63,350 nt of DNA, filler included, from Reticulomyxa filosa (GCA_000512085.1; 16 parts of 16 records of this genome joined end to end with filler, not necessarily neighbours in it), one strand, 5' to 3'. Numbered from the whole stretch's first letter, positions 1 through 12,873 are shown. Numbers and translations are program-made. The notes: generated by a model not told the origin, from the sequence alone.

Positions 1-630
1 AACGGCCGAGACTTTCGTCAAGTCAAACAGAAGCCAAATATTCTAAAGAGAGCCATGATAAGAATTGGCCTTACTGAGCGACCGAACACACTTCCGATTC
101 ACGATATTGATGGTTACCGAACCCGAAGCTTCAAGATGGTGCAAAGTATTCCTGAAGGATACGCCACCCTTGCGGTAATTCGCGACCCAGCTGCCCGCTT
201 CCATTCCGCCTGGCGCAATAGGGTGGGAAAACATGTGCTGGATCGACATAATACTCGAGAAGATCTATTCAACGAGGGCCTCACGATCGATCCCGATTTT
301 GGAACATTCATCGATAACTTCGATGGATATTGTTCTGCAGCACGGCTAGCAAGGGTACATACGCTGCCATACTCATGGCATCTCGGCCCTGACATCTCGT
401 TCTATGATCACATATTTAAGATTGAAGAGATGGATCAGCTAGTTGCATTCTTGTCGAAAAAATCAAGTCAACCTGTCCGATTGCCACATGACAATATTGC
501 AGCCAATGATAAGAGATCAAACAAGATATCAAAATCACAAGCGGATAAGTTGGAGAAAATTCTCGCGCCCGATTATGAATGGCTCTCTGGCATTTACGAA
601 TTCGATAAGGGAGTTCATCGATTCTTGTAA
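1..630 (+). CDS. Bacterial-type sulfotransferase (Sulfotransfer_2 family), 5'-partial
   Basis: Frame is open from base 1. It carries a 3'-PB-like motif TLAVIRDPAARFHSAW, plus HTLPYSWHLG and YDHIFKIEEM. No introns or homopolymer tracts, and GC is higher than in the rest of the window. Confidence 0.75.
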   Translation, partial: NGRDFRQVKQKPNILKRAMIRIGLTERPNTLPIHDIDGYRTRSFKMVQSIPEGYATLAVIRDPAARFHSAWRNRVGKHVLDRHNTREDLFNEGLTIDPDFGTFIDNFDGYCSAARLARVHTLPYSWHLGPDISFYDHIFKIEEMDQLVAFLSKKSSQPVRLPHDNIAANDKRSNKISKSQADKLEKILAPDYEWLSGIYEFDKGVHRFL

Positions 631-647
631 CTGTGCTATTTCATTGA

Positions 648-1386
648 TCATCCGTATGGAACGATCATAGATTCTCGTCGGAGTATGAAGTTTCGTGCAT
701 TTCGAGTCAGATCTCGTAACCATTTCTGTTTTCTCTTCTTTTTTCTTAGTATTTGACCTTCTGGCTCGTTATAGCGAGCGGGCATAGAGTTGATGGCCCA
801 AGACTGTTCGGCCTGCCCTGCAATGGGTCTATCGCCTTGTACAACTGGCGCTGGTATCATTTGATATATGATCATGCTCGATGAAACAGATGATTTTGGA
901 TGGAAAAGAACAGCGTCAACAGGATCTATGAATATCTCTGTCTCTTTAAGTAGTTTTCTCGCAGCACTCTGAGATAGTACGTATCCTGCCGCTCCATAGT
1001 GCTTTGACTTCAGTCGGGCGAGAGATCTTGATCCCGCATTTAGCCGTCTCCGTTCAACAGAAACTCCGCCGCCCCATGTCTCCATTTTCACAATGTCGGC
1101 ATCGATGGGAACCCAGTTCTTCTCTATGTATTGACCAAGATCCGAGGCGATTAGCACATCATCCTCAAAGATCATTGCATGGGTCTGGCTCGAATTTGCA
1201 AGCTTCTTCCAAGCATTGCGGTGGCTGAGGAAGCAGGCGTAGGCGTTCGCACCTAATGGTCGCCCTGTGAATCCTGTGCCAATCTTTCTTATTGCCTCTT
1301 GCATTTCTGGTAGCGATCCATCAATCGCAGGAATTCGCTGGAACGGCGTACCTAGTCTTGAAAACTGTGATTCCATGTATTCGCGG
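648..1386 (-). CDS. Glycosyltransferase family 25 (LPS/LOS biosynthesis), 5'-partial
   Basis: Motifs FQRIPAIDG, CFLSHRNAW, AMIFEDDV, GAAGYVLSQSAARKLL, PVDAVLF and YQMIPAPVVQ. Frame is open to the contig edge (R-E-Y-M). Convergent with the sulfotransferase, 17 nt apart. Confidence 0.88.
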
Positions 1387-1486
1387 NNNNNNNNNNNNNN
1401 NNNNNNNNNNNNNNNNNNNNNNNNNNNNNNTTAATTAATTAANNNNNNNNNNNNNNNNNNNNNNNNNNNNNNNNNNNNNNNNNNNN
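1387..1486. other. Artificial contig-joining spacer (first of 15)
   Basis: N44-TTAATTAATTAA-N44, which gives stops in all six frames. Further copies start at 3396, 7523, 8721, 25516, 26925, 33798, 35552, 38006, 50757, 53924, 55625, 57527, 60269 and 61993. Confidence 0.98.
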
Positions 1487-1980
1487 ATGGATATCTCCAT
1501 TCAAACATGAACGTGAAATTTTGTTTGCAAAGTCTTATATAAATTCTTCTAAAGATGAAAAAACACATAAAGAAGAATATGCATGGAATGCAAAAGTAGA
1601 GAATGAAGATGAATATACACAAATGATATTATTGACATGGGTTTTATATGATCAGTATATCCAACAAACTATACAAATAAGTGCAATGTGGAATCATCAA
1701 ATTGATTTGAATCTTATTTATGTTGCACTCAATGGTTGTAGAAAAGATGCCAATCTAACAATACAATTATTGTTTGAATTTGAACAATGGATATTTCGAG
1801 ATAACAATAAGCCAAAAATACAAAGCAAAAATAAATGAATTTTTGGAAAGACGTTGTTGCAATCACAATGTCAATTTATTTTATGTATTTATTTCTGAAG
1901 AAATAGCTATTGAAATAGCTACATCATATACCGTTAATGATGGCTTGCCTTTCGTCGAAAAAGATAAAGCACAAAAATAA
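1487..1980 (+). pseudogene. Frameshifted 3' fragment of a lineage-specific hypothetical protein
   Basis: ORF 1521-1838 (...FEFEQWIFRDNNK) continues in another frame as QKYKAKINEFLERRCCNHNVNLF...PFVEKDKAQK*. The shift is near 1810. Confidence 0.45.
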
Positions 1981-2393
1981 AAATAAACAATCTAAAGTAA
2001 TTTCGCAATCTACGCAAGTTTGTTGTCCATGTATTTCCTCTTCCATTTACAAAGTAATGTATTTTTGTAATGAGAATAATAAAAAATTTTAATTTCTAAT
2101 CTTTGATTGAAAAAAATAAAGAATGTTGTGATTACTTCACAAAATACAACAATTCATTCAATTCATAAGTGTCGTCACTGTAAGCAGCATTTTAAAGTAT
2201 TACAACATCTAACAAATAACTCTGGTAGAAAGTAGCAACTTTCAAGTAAAAGAAATAAAAATTATTCAGTTGTAAAAATTTTTTTTTTCCAATAGAAAGG
2301 TGTCCTACGTACAAATAGCAAATAAAAAAATTATTTTTTCTAATTTTTTTTCCATCTCGAAAATGGTTTTTTTCAAATCTAATTCAAGTGTTT

Positions 2394-3330
2394 TTATTGT
2401 GTCTCTAGTTTACTAACTTTTACGTTTAATTGTTCGACTTTATCGCGAAGAAATAAATTCTCAGCTTTCAATTCATCAGCATCTTTTTTGTGTTTATTCG
2501 TTTGATTACATTTTTGATCCAATAAAGCAGTCTTTTCATTGTTTTCATATTCCAAATTTGCTATAATCGCCTTTAATTTTTCAATTTCTTTATCCTTCTC
2601 GTCAGATTTTTGTTGTTGTTTTTTTAAATAATTAATAATTTTTTCATTTCCCATTTGTATACTTTGTTCTTGTGTAACTATTTCTTGTATATGTTTCAAA
2701 GCTTGATTTTGTTCAATGTTGGAAATTTCTGAATATCATTCTTTTCCTTCCAAGTGCTTTTGTTGAATATTTAAAAATGTTGCATCAATAAGCTTACGAT
2801 TAATGTAATTATCCATTTGTTGCTTGAGTTTGTTTATTAGAATAACATCATTATTATGATATGCCTTTATTGTTGAAACTTTTCGCTGCTGTCTCGTATT
2901 TTTTTCGTAAGTATAAATGATTCGCGAAAAGTTCGACAATAGTATCTAAAACATGTACAATATATCTATTCATTTCTTGAACACGACATCTCAATTACCG
3001 CTTGTATAAATCCATTGAAGATATATTCACTACTTACCATCATCTAAAATTGTTGTTTTTTTCTTTAAGTAAATCTTTGATTGCTTGATGCATTTTCTTA
3101 TTATGACAATATCGACATATAATGTGTTTTTTGCAGTTACACTTTGAATATTGTATTGGAATGATTTAGTAGTTAAAATACAATTTCTATTTTATGCTAC
3201 ATTGATTTTCGATTCGTATTTCGTTATAAATGTTACTTTTATGTTGTCATGTTGATTTAAATCAACCAAAGCGTGTGAAATTTGTAGTGCAATATGTGGT
3301 ACATTTGCTAATCGAAGACTTTCACAGAAT
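2394..3330 (-). pseudogene. Degraded gene with C-terminal coiled coil and upstream Cys/His remnants
   Basis: Heptad-rich ORF 2394-2699 and broken ORF 2736-2939. Fragments such as ICRYCHN lie upstream, interrupted by stops. Confidence 0.3.
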
Positions 3331-3495
3331 AACTATTCAAAAACAACTTAATATTTTGTTTATTTAAAAAAAAATATCAACGTTAACACCTGACANNNNN
3401 NNNNNNNNNNNNNNNNNNNNNNNNNNNNNNNNNNNNNNNTTAATTAATTAANNNNNNNNNNNNNNNNNNNNNNNNNNNNNNNNNNNNNNNNNNNN

Positions 3496-3819
3496 TTGCT
3501 GGAATTGTTGTTGAGTCAAAAGAACCAATCGTATGTAGCAAGTATCAATGGATTGTTCAGGATCATCGAATAATGGAGCCAATTTGTCTTGTGATTGATA
3601 ATATCGCTTTAGTTTTTCTTTTGTTACATTCAAATCTTCATTTTCATTATCTTTTTTTACTGAAGCTTTGTTTGTATAAACCTTTTCATGTATTTCTTCG
3701 TTATTTTCTTTTGACCTTGAAGTTTCGTTCACTAGAATCCTTTCGCTTGTTTCTTTTCTTCTGCTTTGTTTTGCTCTTTGAGCAGCAATACTTTTCTCTC
3801 TTTTCCTAATGTTACCCAT
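3496..3819 (-). CDS. N-terminus of a putative NACHT/STAND NTPase family protein (truncated by contig end)
   Basis: MGN... start, then KEKLKRYYQSQDKLAPLFDDPEQSIDTCYIRLVLLTQQQFQQ, which is near-identical to 61488-61835 and resembles the YIxLAL segment that precedes NACHT P-loops. The P-loop itself is not in the contig. Confidence 0.5.
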
Positions 3820-5344
3820 GTTTGATTTTTTCGTGACAAAATTAAGATGTAGGGTTTTTTTAACTAAAACTTTTGTCAAGTTGGATTTTTACATGATTTT
3901 GCTGTTTTTGATTGGTGCTTCCACTTGAAGTTTATTTTAATTCATATCTGTAAACAATTGACTATTCGAAGAAAAATTATGAGAGAATGCTGTAGTTATG
4001 TTTTTCCCCCTTAATTTTAAATTATAAATGAAGTACAATTTGCTGTGCCTTTGAAAGAAAAAAAATCACGTTTTGCATCGAAGTACAGTTTTATTTATCA
4101 AGGTCATGTTTCTAACAAAGAATTACTTTTTACTCGTTGAGACCTAAGTTCGTGTTTGCGCCTTTTTTTTTTTGTAACTGAGATTCGAAACGAGACTTAC
4201 AGCAACAAGATTGGAAGCGTGTAAGAGAAAACGAGTTGCTTGAATGGAATGAAGTAACGGATGATGTTTTTTTTGGCAAACAATTGGTTGAGCAACTTTT
4301 CCTTTTTTAAAAAAGGGAACCAAGACTTTTTCTTTTGTTAATGTATGTTATAGTTTATCACCAGATAAACAAAAGATGGCCAAAAGAGATTTTTGGTAAA
4401 TTTTCCATTGAATTTTGAAACAATATATCACAGCACTCAGCACAAACTCAAAACAAAAAATTGTTTGCTTGATAAAATGCACACAATTTCAAACGCTCAA
4501 ACGCATTACATTTTCATATATTCAGCATAAAATCTTCAATTGTTATGAAAAACAACATTCATTTATTTTTTCTTTTTATTTTGGTCATCTCTTTCACCAC
4601 AGTTCAGATTTGAATACAAATTGGGAAAATCTATACTATATAGTCGATTGAATATAATGCCCTATACAAAAAAACGACCTTAAATGGTAGTCCTACTGAA
4701 AACGTAAGGAGATGACAAGTGCATTCGCAAGTGCTTAAAGTTGTACAAATATCTTTTTTGAAAAGGTTTCACACCTTGTTTATTATCACAAATCAAAGGG
4801 TACCTAATTAATTTTTGAGATAATCTCTTTTCTCATCTATCAAAAAAAAAGTGTAAAACAATTGTAATGTGCACAATGCATAAACACATAGATAAATATT
4901 GAAATGGCAGCAGTATTTGTGATTTCTCCAATTTCCAAACAAAAATAAATGAACATTTTTGCATGCCTAGTGGCACGAATACACTTATACTTGCTTTTGT
5001 TAAGAAGCATTGAATCATTTACTGATCCTCCTTTTTTCATTTTTATTTTTTAAAATTGGGAATTATTCTCTTTTTTTATCAATGCCTTAGAGAAGGTGTG
5101 ATTAACTTGAAAAGAATTGAAAGTAGAAAAACACTAACTTTTTGTCTTAGCAATGGTGAATGTATAAAACAAAGTACGACAAATTATGTTTCATAATCAA
5201 CTCCGTATTTCTACAAATCGTTTGTCACAAACTTTTTTGCTTTTATCTTAAGATTTGATTTACTTCCTTTTCACTTGTCCAGTAGTGGAGGGAGCACACT
5301 AGGAGAAAATACTGAATGAAGAACGTTGGTTATTCGACAGTAGT

Positions 5345-6890
5345 ATGAAATCCTCGTTTGTGTTGGTGGTACTAAGCGTATTAAACGCATTCTTGGTGGC
5401 ACCAAGTGCGAATAATGTTAATACTAGCATTGCAAGTGGGAACGTGGCGAGCGGGCAAATATTTGAATGTTACTACAACATTAGCACATCGATAATATCA
5501 TGGAATAAGTTGGTCAGCTGCATGTGGAAATTGACAACATCGAAATATGCTCAATATCTACAATTTAACGACTTGTCAAGAGTATCGGTGAGTCAAATTT
5601 TCGACAATGAGTCAGTGACATTAGAAAACGATATTATACGTATGCATCAAAGCAATACGATAATTACCACCAGCCCAAGAAAAGTTTATGTGACAAAACT
5701 ATTGTCCTAAATATACTTCCATCAACATCAAGTATCTAATCAATATTGTGCAAATTAACAATATACAGGTAAATAACAGTGATCGGAAGATTAAATGGAA
5801 AAAAAAAATGTGATAGCGTATTAGCGAATGGCGAAGTAAGATTGATAATAGCACGCCATCGTCAAATGAAGATTGCAAACTGTATAAAAGCCAGAAGCGA
5901 GTATTCATTTGAAACATTATTTGCGACCAACTATTCAACGTATAATGTCGTTGCGGGCACAAGACTAAACTACGAATACTATCGATTGTCGCGGCAAACT
6001 TGTCTTCCAACGTATCGCTGTTCAACCCAAGCGAACTCCAATCTCAAAGACGCATAAAGTCCAATGTCATATCCAAATGCTTGCTGTATAGTATTGTCCA
6101 AGACTACAATGTTAAGTTTTTTTACTTTTTTTTTTTTTTTTTTTTTGTAAAAACAACAAACAATTTGGATATATCATACGATAAAGCAGATACAAAAGTA
6201 TTTGCGATTATGCGAGATGTTGCTAAGTGGAACATTGGCAGACGATGATGGACAATTTGACACATTGACTGACAAGTTGAAATTGCTTGTACAAAGTGTG
6301 GCGGAAAGTACGTCGTTATCTCCAAATTCCGCAGGCCATACCTTTAATATGATTGAGGCGCTATCGGCGCAAATAAGATGAATATGGCATAACGCATCTG
6401 CAGGTCAGTCGTGATGCATATCATCTTTTTTTGCAAAGAAGTGCTCCTTTCGTAAAGGTGGCCTCCAATTACACTTACGCAACCAACGCAATATTCACAC
6501 TCATGGACACAAACAAACTCGCATTACAAACGCCATCATTTCCATACAGTGCCATTACTAATATCCAAACATTAATATCCAAACCTCGCGCAAATCTCTC
6601 GTGATAACATTATCAAAAATGCTCCATTAGTAGCATACAAAGCTCAAGTAGATATCTAATTAAAAATTTCTTCTGTGTCATATGATATTACCAAGTTATC
6701 TTTGTCCTTCTTTGTGTTGTTGCAATATTATATATTTTTTTTATTGTTGCTTGAGTATAGTGAGATCAGAGATTGGGCAATGCTGCGCAAATGGTTGTGG
6801 TAATTGGTAAAGAGCAAATGGCAATACACTTACTGTTGTGGCGCTCAATGCGGGTGGTGCATTGCAAGACCGGGCACTAGATAAGGTAAC
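5345..6890 (+). pseudogene. Fragmented gene for a secreted/surface protein
   Basis: Signal peptide MKSSFVLVVLSVLNAFLVA and several N-glycosylation sequons. Coding-like sequence continues in successive frames (5345-5710, 5779-6057, beyond 6170) with stops. Confidence 0.35.
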
Positions 6891-6974
6891 ATCTTTTTTT
6901 TGTTTGTGTTTAACTTATAACTATATATGTATATATGTTTGTTTCAACAGAATTACCTGATTTATTAGAAAAAA

Positions 6975-7275
6975 AAATATGGGGTAGAAACCATCCCCGT
7001 CTCCGAAAGGAGAATAACAGGTTTGTTTTATTATCTTTTTTTTTTGGTATGTTCAAATGCTTTATGCTTTGTAATATAGGTTCCTCCGTCAAGCAAAGAT
7101 TGTTCCATTAGTTTCCACCTACACAAAGACACAAAAAAAAAAAAAAAAAAAATAGGGGTTGAAATCCACACAGTCTCCGAAAGGAGTAATATAGGTTTGT
7201 TTATGTTTATGTTTATATAATCTTTTTTTACATAATGCTTTGTATTTGTAAAACAATAGGAATTCCCCCTCAAAG
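6975..7275 (+). repeat. Imperfect tandem duplication, period about 180 bp
   Basis: GGGGT(A/T)GAAA..GTCTCCGAAAGGAG..AGGTTTGTTT at ~6981 and ~7155, each followed by TGCTTTGTA...ATAGG. Confidence 0.7.
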
Positions 7276-8820
7276 AAAAAATAGTATATGTACATATCTT
7301 TATTTGTTCCAAAATTTCCCAAAAAAAAAAACAAAAAAATTTGAAGCGTTCACAACAGGAAAAAGAAAATTGAAATTGTGTTTGTATCAAGTTATTATAT
7401 ATATTTGTTTTTTTTAAAACACTAATAAATGATACCTTGCTTTTTTGTATATAGATGACCGTTGCACCGAAAAACGCTCGAACGTGTGTTATTTCTTAAA
7501 ATTGATTTTAGTGAGGGGAGGANNNNNNNNNNNNNNNNNNNNNNNNNNNNNNNNNNNNNNNNNNNNTTAATTAATTAANNNNNNNNNNNNNNNNNNNNNN
7601 NNNNNNNNNNNNNNNNNNNNNNAGGCAGCGCCACGATGTTCCTGAAGGCGCCGCCTGATCTAACTTTTTCTTTTTCGTTTTTTCCTTCATTTGTCTTTTT
7701 TTTTAAATTTGTTTTGATGCCCCTTATTTGCTTTGACACTAAGTTTTTTTTTAATGTGTTATTGACTCGTACAAATTTTACTTTTAGTTTTAGTTTTTCA
7801 TTTCATTTGATAGCTTATTTTTACAAATTTACTTATTGAAGAATTTATGTTATTCTTTGAATCATTCAATTTTTTTAATGAACTTTTTTTTTGTAAACTT
7901 TTTTCGTATTGTCGAAAAAACTTCATTTGTAAATTTTTTTCATTTATCCATTATACGCATATTTAGTTTGTTATTTTATATTTTGTTTTTTTATTAAATC
8001 AAACATACGATTCAAATAATCCATTTTTTAAAGTAATGCTGCAATAACTACATTTCAAAATTGTTACAGTATTCATGATCGCAACAGATGCTCAATACTA
8101 ACTGTCTACTTTTTTTTTGCTAATACATTTATTCATGTTCATTTTGATTTGTTTTCACATTTTTATTCAAGTCAAATTTTCATCAAATGAAATGTACGCA
8201 TGTGTTGTCTTCACTCAACTTTGAATTTTTATTATAGTCGGATTTCATTACATTTGTCACACTTTTTATAATATTTTTTAAAGAATAAAAATTATCTTAT
8301 TCACATTGAAAATTTATAAGTTTTGCCAGAAATTGGTTTTTTCAAATCTAAGATTGTATATTCAGTCAATTTCTTTCAAGATATTATTTGTGCAAGTTTT
8401 TCGTCTACCCAAAAATTAAATGGTCATTTGCAATGATGTAATGTGTTGTGTTGTAATTGTATTGAATATAAAGCATATGGAATTATAATGGCTGCAATTC
8501 GTGTTTCGTCGAATTACAGTATATTGCAAAAAAAACTGACATACCTAAACGGCACTATATGAAGAGAATCGATTTTCTCCATGAAAAATAAAAATTTAAA
8601 TCTAATTTTTTTTAAAAAATATCTACTAATCTTGTAATTTTTAAATATAAAATTGGTTTTATGATAAATTTTTTCTAGTTGATCAAAAATATGATTTTTT
8701 CAAATGATTTTTAAAAATTTNNNNNNNNNNNNNNNNNNNNNNNNNNNNNNNNNNNNNNNNNNNNTTAATTAATTAANNNNNNNNNNNNNNNNNNNNNNNN
8801 NNNNNNNNNNNNNNNNNNNN

Positions 8821-10364
8821 ATTTAAAAAAAAAAAAAAATTCTAAATAAATATATATATATATGTATATGTACATATACATTAATACGATATAAATAACC
8901 TCATCTTGACTTGCAATGGAAGAAGTGATTGGATCTTGAAACTTGGTTGCGCTCTGTTGTCTTTTAAACTCATTGTACAACGGTTTACCGGTTTTTGCTT
9001 GCTGTTGCGCATTGCCTTGTTCAGTGTTTGAATTGGCACTTGACACTCGCTCTTGAACTTGATTTTCTTCTTCTTCTTCTTGTAGATCATTGTCATTTCC
9101 TCCTTCTTCATTTTGTTTGTCAGTCGAATAGCTTTCCTTAATTTGTTGTAACCGTCGTTTCACAGTCGAACGAACTTTTCGTGACAATTTCAGACTATCT
9201 TCTTTTGCTCTTCGAAGCTTTTCTTCCAAAAGTCCTTCCGTTAAACTGCGATATACCAGCACCACGTGTCGAAACGTTGGTTCCTTTTGTTTTATTTTGA
9301 GGCTAAAAAAAAAACAAACAAACAAAAAAGATACCTGTAAAGTGACTCTAGACAAGAACCACCAAAGGACTCCAGCCATACCCTGCGACTTTGCCGTGGT
9401 ATACGTATCCACCAACGAAACTCTTTGCACATAGTCGTCATCGTTTTCTTCATTTACATTGTTGCTGTTGTGCTCGTTTACAATAGGACTGTTGTTGACG
9501 TCGGGCGGATTGTTGTCGGCTGTAAATAGCGCGGCTTGTAACAAGAGGAAGACCCGTTGCAACAATTGCTTGAAATATGACTGGATATCTGCACATATCA
9601 AGTTAATCTTGTGGTCCATGTACACGTTACTTTTGGTAATCATGCCGGTCCCACAGTGGTACAGTATAAAGTGGTTGTGGAAAGGGGGAGGGATTGGTAC
9701 ATCACGATACGGATTCAACCGCCGATGTTTTTCAAAAAAGTCTGTCAACAAATATGAATCCAATTTTGCCCAATCCACTGCGATTGGTAAATCAGATAGA
9801 TATACTGATGTTAATGCATTCCTTTTTTTTTTTTTTTTTTTTTTTGTTGGATAGTTTTACTGCACGTTCATCCCACTTTTTTTTTTTTTTTTTTAAATGT
9901 CATTTAGTCATATTTAAAAAATATATATTTCAACTGTGTAGTCTTCAAAAGTGACGGGAGTAAAATTCGAGTCATTCAATATATTAACAATATTCTCAAG
10001 CAGTCGATCTTGTCGTAATTGCAACTCCTTTTGGTTCGTTTGCGCTATTTCATCTGCTGCTTGTCGATTGAACCGGTCAAACGTCGAATAGCATTGCTTT
10101 ATCTCCTGTTTTCAATCATGTTATGTTTTTTTTAAAAAAAGGATACATTACAAAATTGCAAATTTTTTTAATACAAATACATTTTGTCCATACTTCAATT
10201 TGTGCCACGCGTTGTGCGTGAAAAAGCGCTTCAATAGACGAACACAGCTCCCGAAACTGACTTTTCTCTTCTTCCGTTTTCAAATTTTCTATTAACCAGG
10301 ATAACAGCACATTTTTACTTATGGAAAGGAATCTTTCTTTGACCAATCGCACTCGTTGAGACAT
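8821..10364 (-). CDS. TMEM143 / DUF3754 family protein, spliced, 3'-partial
   Basis: KERFLSISK, IEALFH, LPIAVDWAKLD, and SRVTLQ|EPTFRHVVLVYR after removing intron 9284-9334. Other introns are 10106-10193 and ~9822-9934; the latter is 1 nt out of phase as assembled. Confidence 0.72.
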
Positions 10365-10720
10365 TATCAGATTTTTTGATTTTTTTTTAAACGAGAAATA
10401 TAAAAAAGTTCAGAAAACGAGTTTTACAAAGCTGTCCTTGTTTAGTACTAAAACAATTTACTTAATTTTTTTTATTGTCAATGAGATCAACTCAACACAA
10501 TTGTAATTTTTTCTAATCCTAATAAGTGTAACTACACTTAGAGCTCCTTTTTTTTTTAGGACAAAATAAAAGTTATATATTTGTTGAATTATTTGAATAG
10601 TTTCAAAAGAAAGACTTTTTTAGTAGAGCTGAAGCATTATTTTCAGACAATTTCATTTGTAATTTATTCAAACCTCATCCTTAAAAAGGATTTGCAATTA
10701 CGGCTAGTACTTACAATTCC

Positions 10721-11494
10721 TCATTTTTTTTTTTGTTGTGGCTTTTCTCCATACAGCCGGTTTAATTCTTCGTTAGTACGAAAAGCCGACTCTAAAATAT
10801 GTTCACAAACGGATTCACATTGCTCGGACCACAAGTTTTTTTGACTGTGGTCATCTATTATTTTGCACTGATCGACGATTTCTGTCCGTTTTTATTTATT
10901 CATTTATTTATTTTTGCATTTTGCAAAACAAATAAAAAGGGTCTTTAAGCAATAAAAACAAAACTTCTCTTTTCGTCAGTTAAATCTTTTTTGCTTTCCA
11001 ACAATTTTTTGATGCTATAATTCCAAAACTTTGCTGGCGATGGTTGATCGAACGAAAATGAGCGAGAAAAATCGACCCAATATGAATACAATTTTACCCG
11101 AAGATTACCTCTTTCACGTGCATAGTACTTTGCCACATTTCGTGATTGATGTGCTATCTTTGCTCTATGTTGCACATATACACGCTATTTACAAGTCATA
11201 CCATGCACATATGTAATACCTTTTACAAATTGGAACGCCTTTTTGTTCTAAGAGACATCGGGGCAAAATCTTGTTGTACAAAGATCTCGTTTCATATTCA
11301 TTTAACCACGGGGAACGGGAACTGTGTCCATATTTTTTGCCGTACTCTTCTGTTGTTAGTGCCACGTAACATGTTTCGGTGTTGTCTTGGTCTAATGTTT
11401 CCACAAAGTCTTGCCTTTCACTGTAGTAATAGGGGCATAAAAGTAAGAATAAAACAATGACAAAAAGTAGAAGGAATACCTTCTTTTTATTCAT
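10721..11494 (-). CDS. Small type II membrane protein of unknown function (3 exons)
   Basis: MNKKK followed by a hydrophobic anchor. GT-AG introns 11165-11219 and 10882-10964 give a continuous frame to TGA at 10721-10723. Confidence 0.65.
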
Positions 11495-11847
11495 CCTGAT
11501 GGTTTTCACAATGAAAATTCCTTTCTAGCTGGTCTTCCCCTTTCGGTGCTTTTCTTTGTTGACTGACCAAACAGTGTCTAGCAATCAATAAATACAATTT
11601 CGTGAGACTACAATCGGTACTTAACACAAGCGTGGAGTCTTGTAATTTCGACTATCATCAAAAATAGACGTTTATTATATAAAAGGAAGGTAGCAAATTG
11701 TTGTGACGACTGTTACTTTTTTTGATGAAGACAGTTTACACAACTCAAACCAATTTTCTTAACCATTCAAACGCTATCACAAAACACAATTAGAAATGAC
11801 TTACAAAAGACCAAAAAAAAAAAAGGCAAAGCAAAACAAAAAGATCA

Positions 11848-12827
11848 CTAAAAGAAATCATTCAATTCATCATCAAGATCATTGCCATCATTTTCGTGTT
11901 GGTCAAATGCCAACTCGTCATTTGCAAAGCAGTAGCCAGTATCTTCTGAATCGACGTCTAATTCGAATGTTCCCTTCAAATGCGCGTTGTCTCCATTGCT
12001 GTTCAAGACATTGGGATCTAATTCTTGATCCTCATTAATGACCCCAATGTCACTTTGAGTATCCGATTCCACTTCAGCCAATGAAATATCCGGTTGTCTT
12101 CCCATGAAGCCGTCACTGGTATTAATATGGACGTCATTGACAATGGCATTGTCCACAACAATATTGGTATGACTATTTGCGAAATTCGACGAGCGCATTT
12201 GAGACATTTTGGATTTGCGATCGTGTCGATAGTCTCGAATATTTTGGATGGTTTCTGTCATTTTCCTGGACATGTTATCATTGGATTGTCCCAATTCGTG
12301 TATAAGCGCATCGCCTTTGGAATCCAATTCCATCGATACAAGACGTCCACGGGACTTGTTTTTGCCATAATACAAGTTCTGTGAGCCCTGTCGATTTTGT
12401 GTTCTTTGGCTCGTGTGTGTGCGTTGTCTTTGTTGTCGATACATCAGTCCCTGACTGGATCGTGACAATTCAGCTTCATGTCGCGCTTTGTTATCAACTT
12501 TTTCTTCTTCTTCTTCTTCTTCTTCTTCTTCTTCTTTGTCCTTCACTCCCTGATCTTCCTTTTCGTATTCTCGGGAAAGGCGGTGACTTTCATGTCCCAA
12601 GCCAGGCCGCTCCACTTCATTGTCACTTTGCAAAAGGTGTTTTTCTTTGTCGTCGAGAATGTCATCGATCACACCAAGGTATATATCTTTCTGACTACGT
12701 CGAACCGAGTGAGCAGGCGAAGGAGAAGGCAAGTGTCCTCGGTCCGACTCCTTGCGAATGGAAAGAGACACGACGGAGGCATTGCGTGATTTTGAGCCTT
12801 TGCGTTTCTGCAGCACCTCTTGTTCCA

Positions 12828-12873
<46 letters not shown>

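Noticed and set aside
1387-1486. Recurring TTAATTAATTAA palindrome between N runs as a biological repeat or CRISPR-like array
   Set aside because: Identical 100-nt construct with six-frame stops at every gap, so it is an assembly-concatenation spacer. Adjacency across spacers has no meaning.
4685-4750. Possible hammerhead ribozyme (GTC-stem-GAGATGA-stem-AAAG)
   Set aside because: The core deviates from CUGAUGA and GAAA, and the stems are imperfect. Not supportable without an Infernal search.
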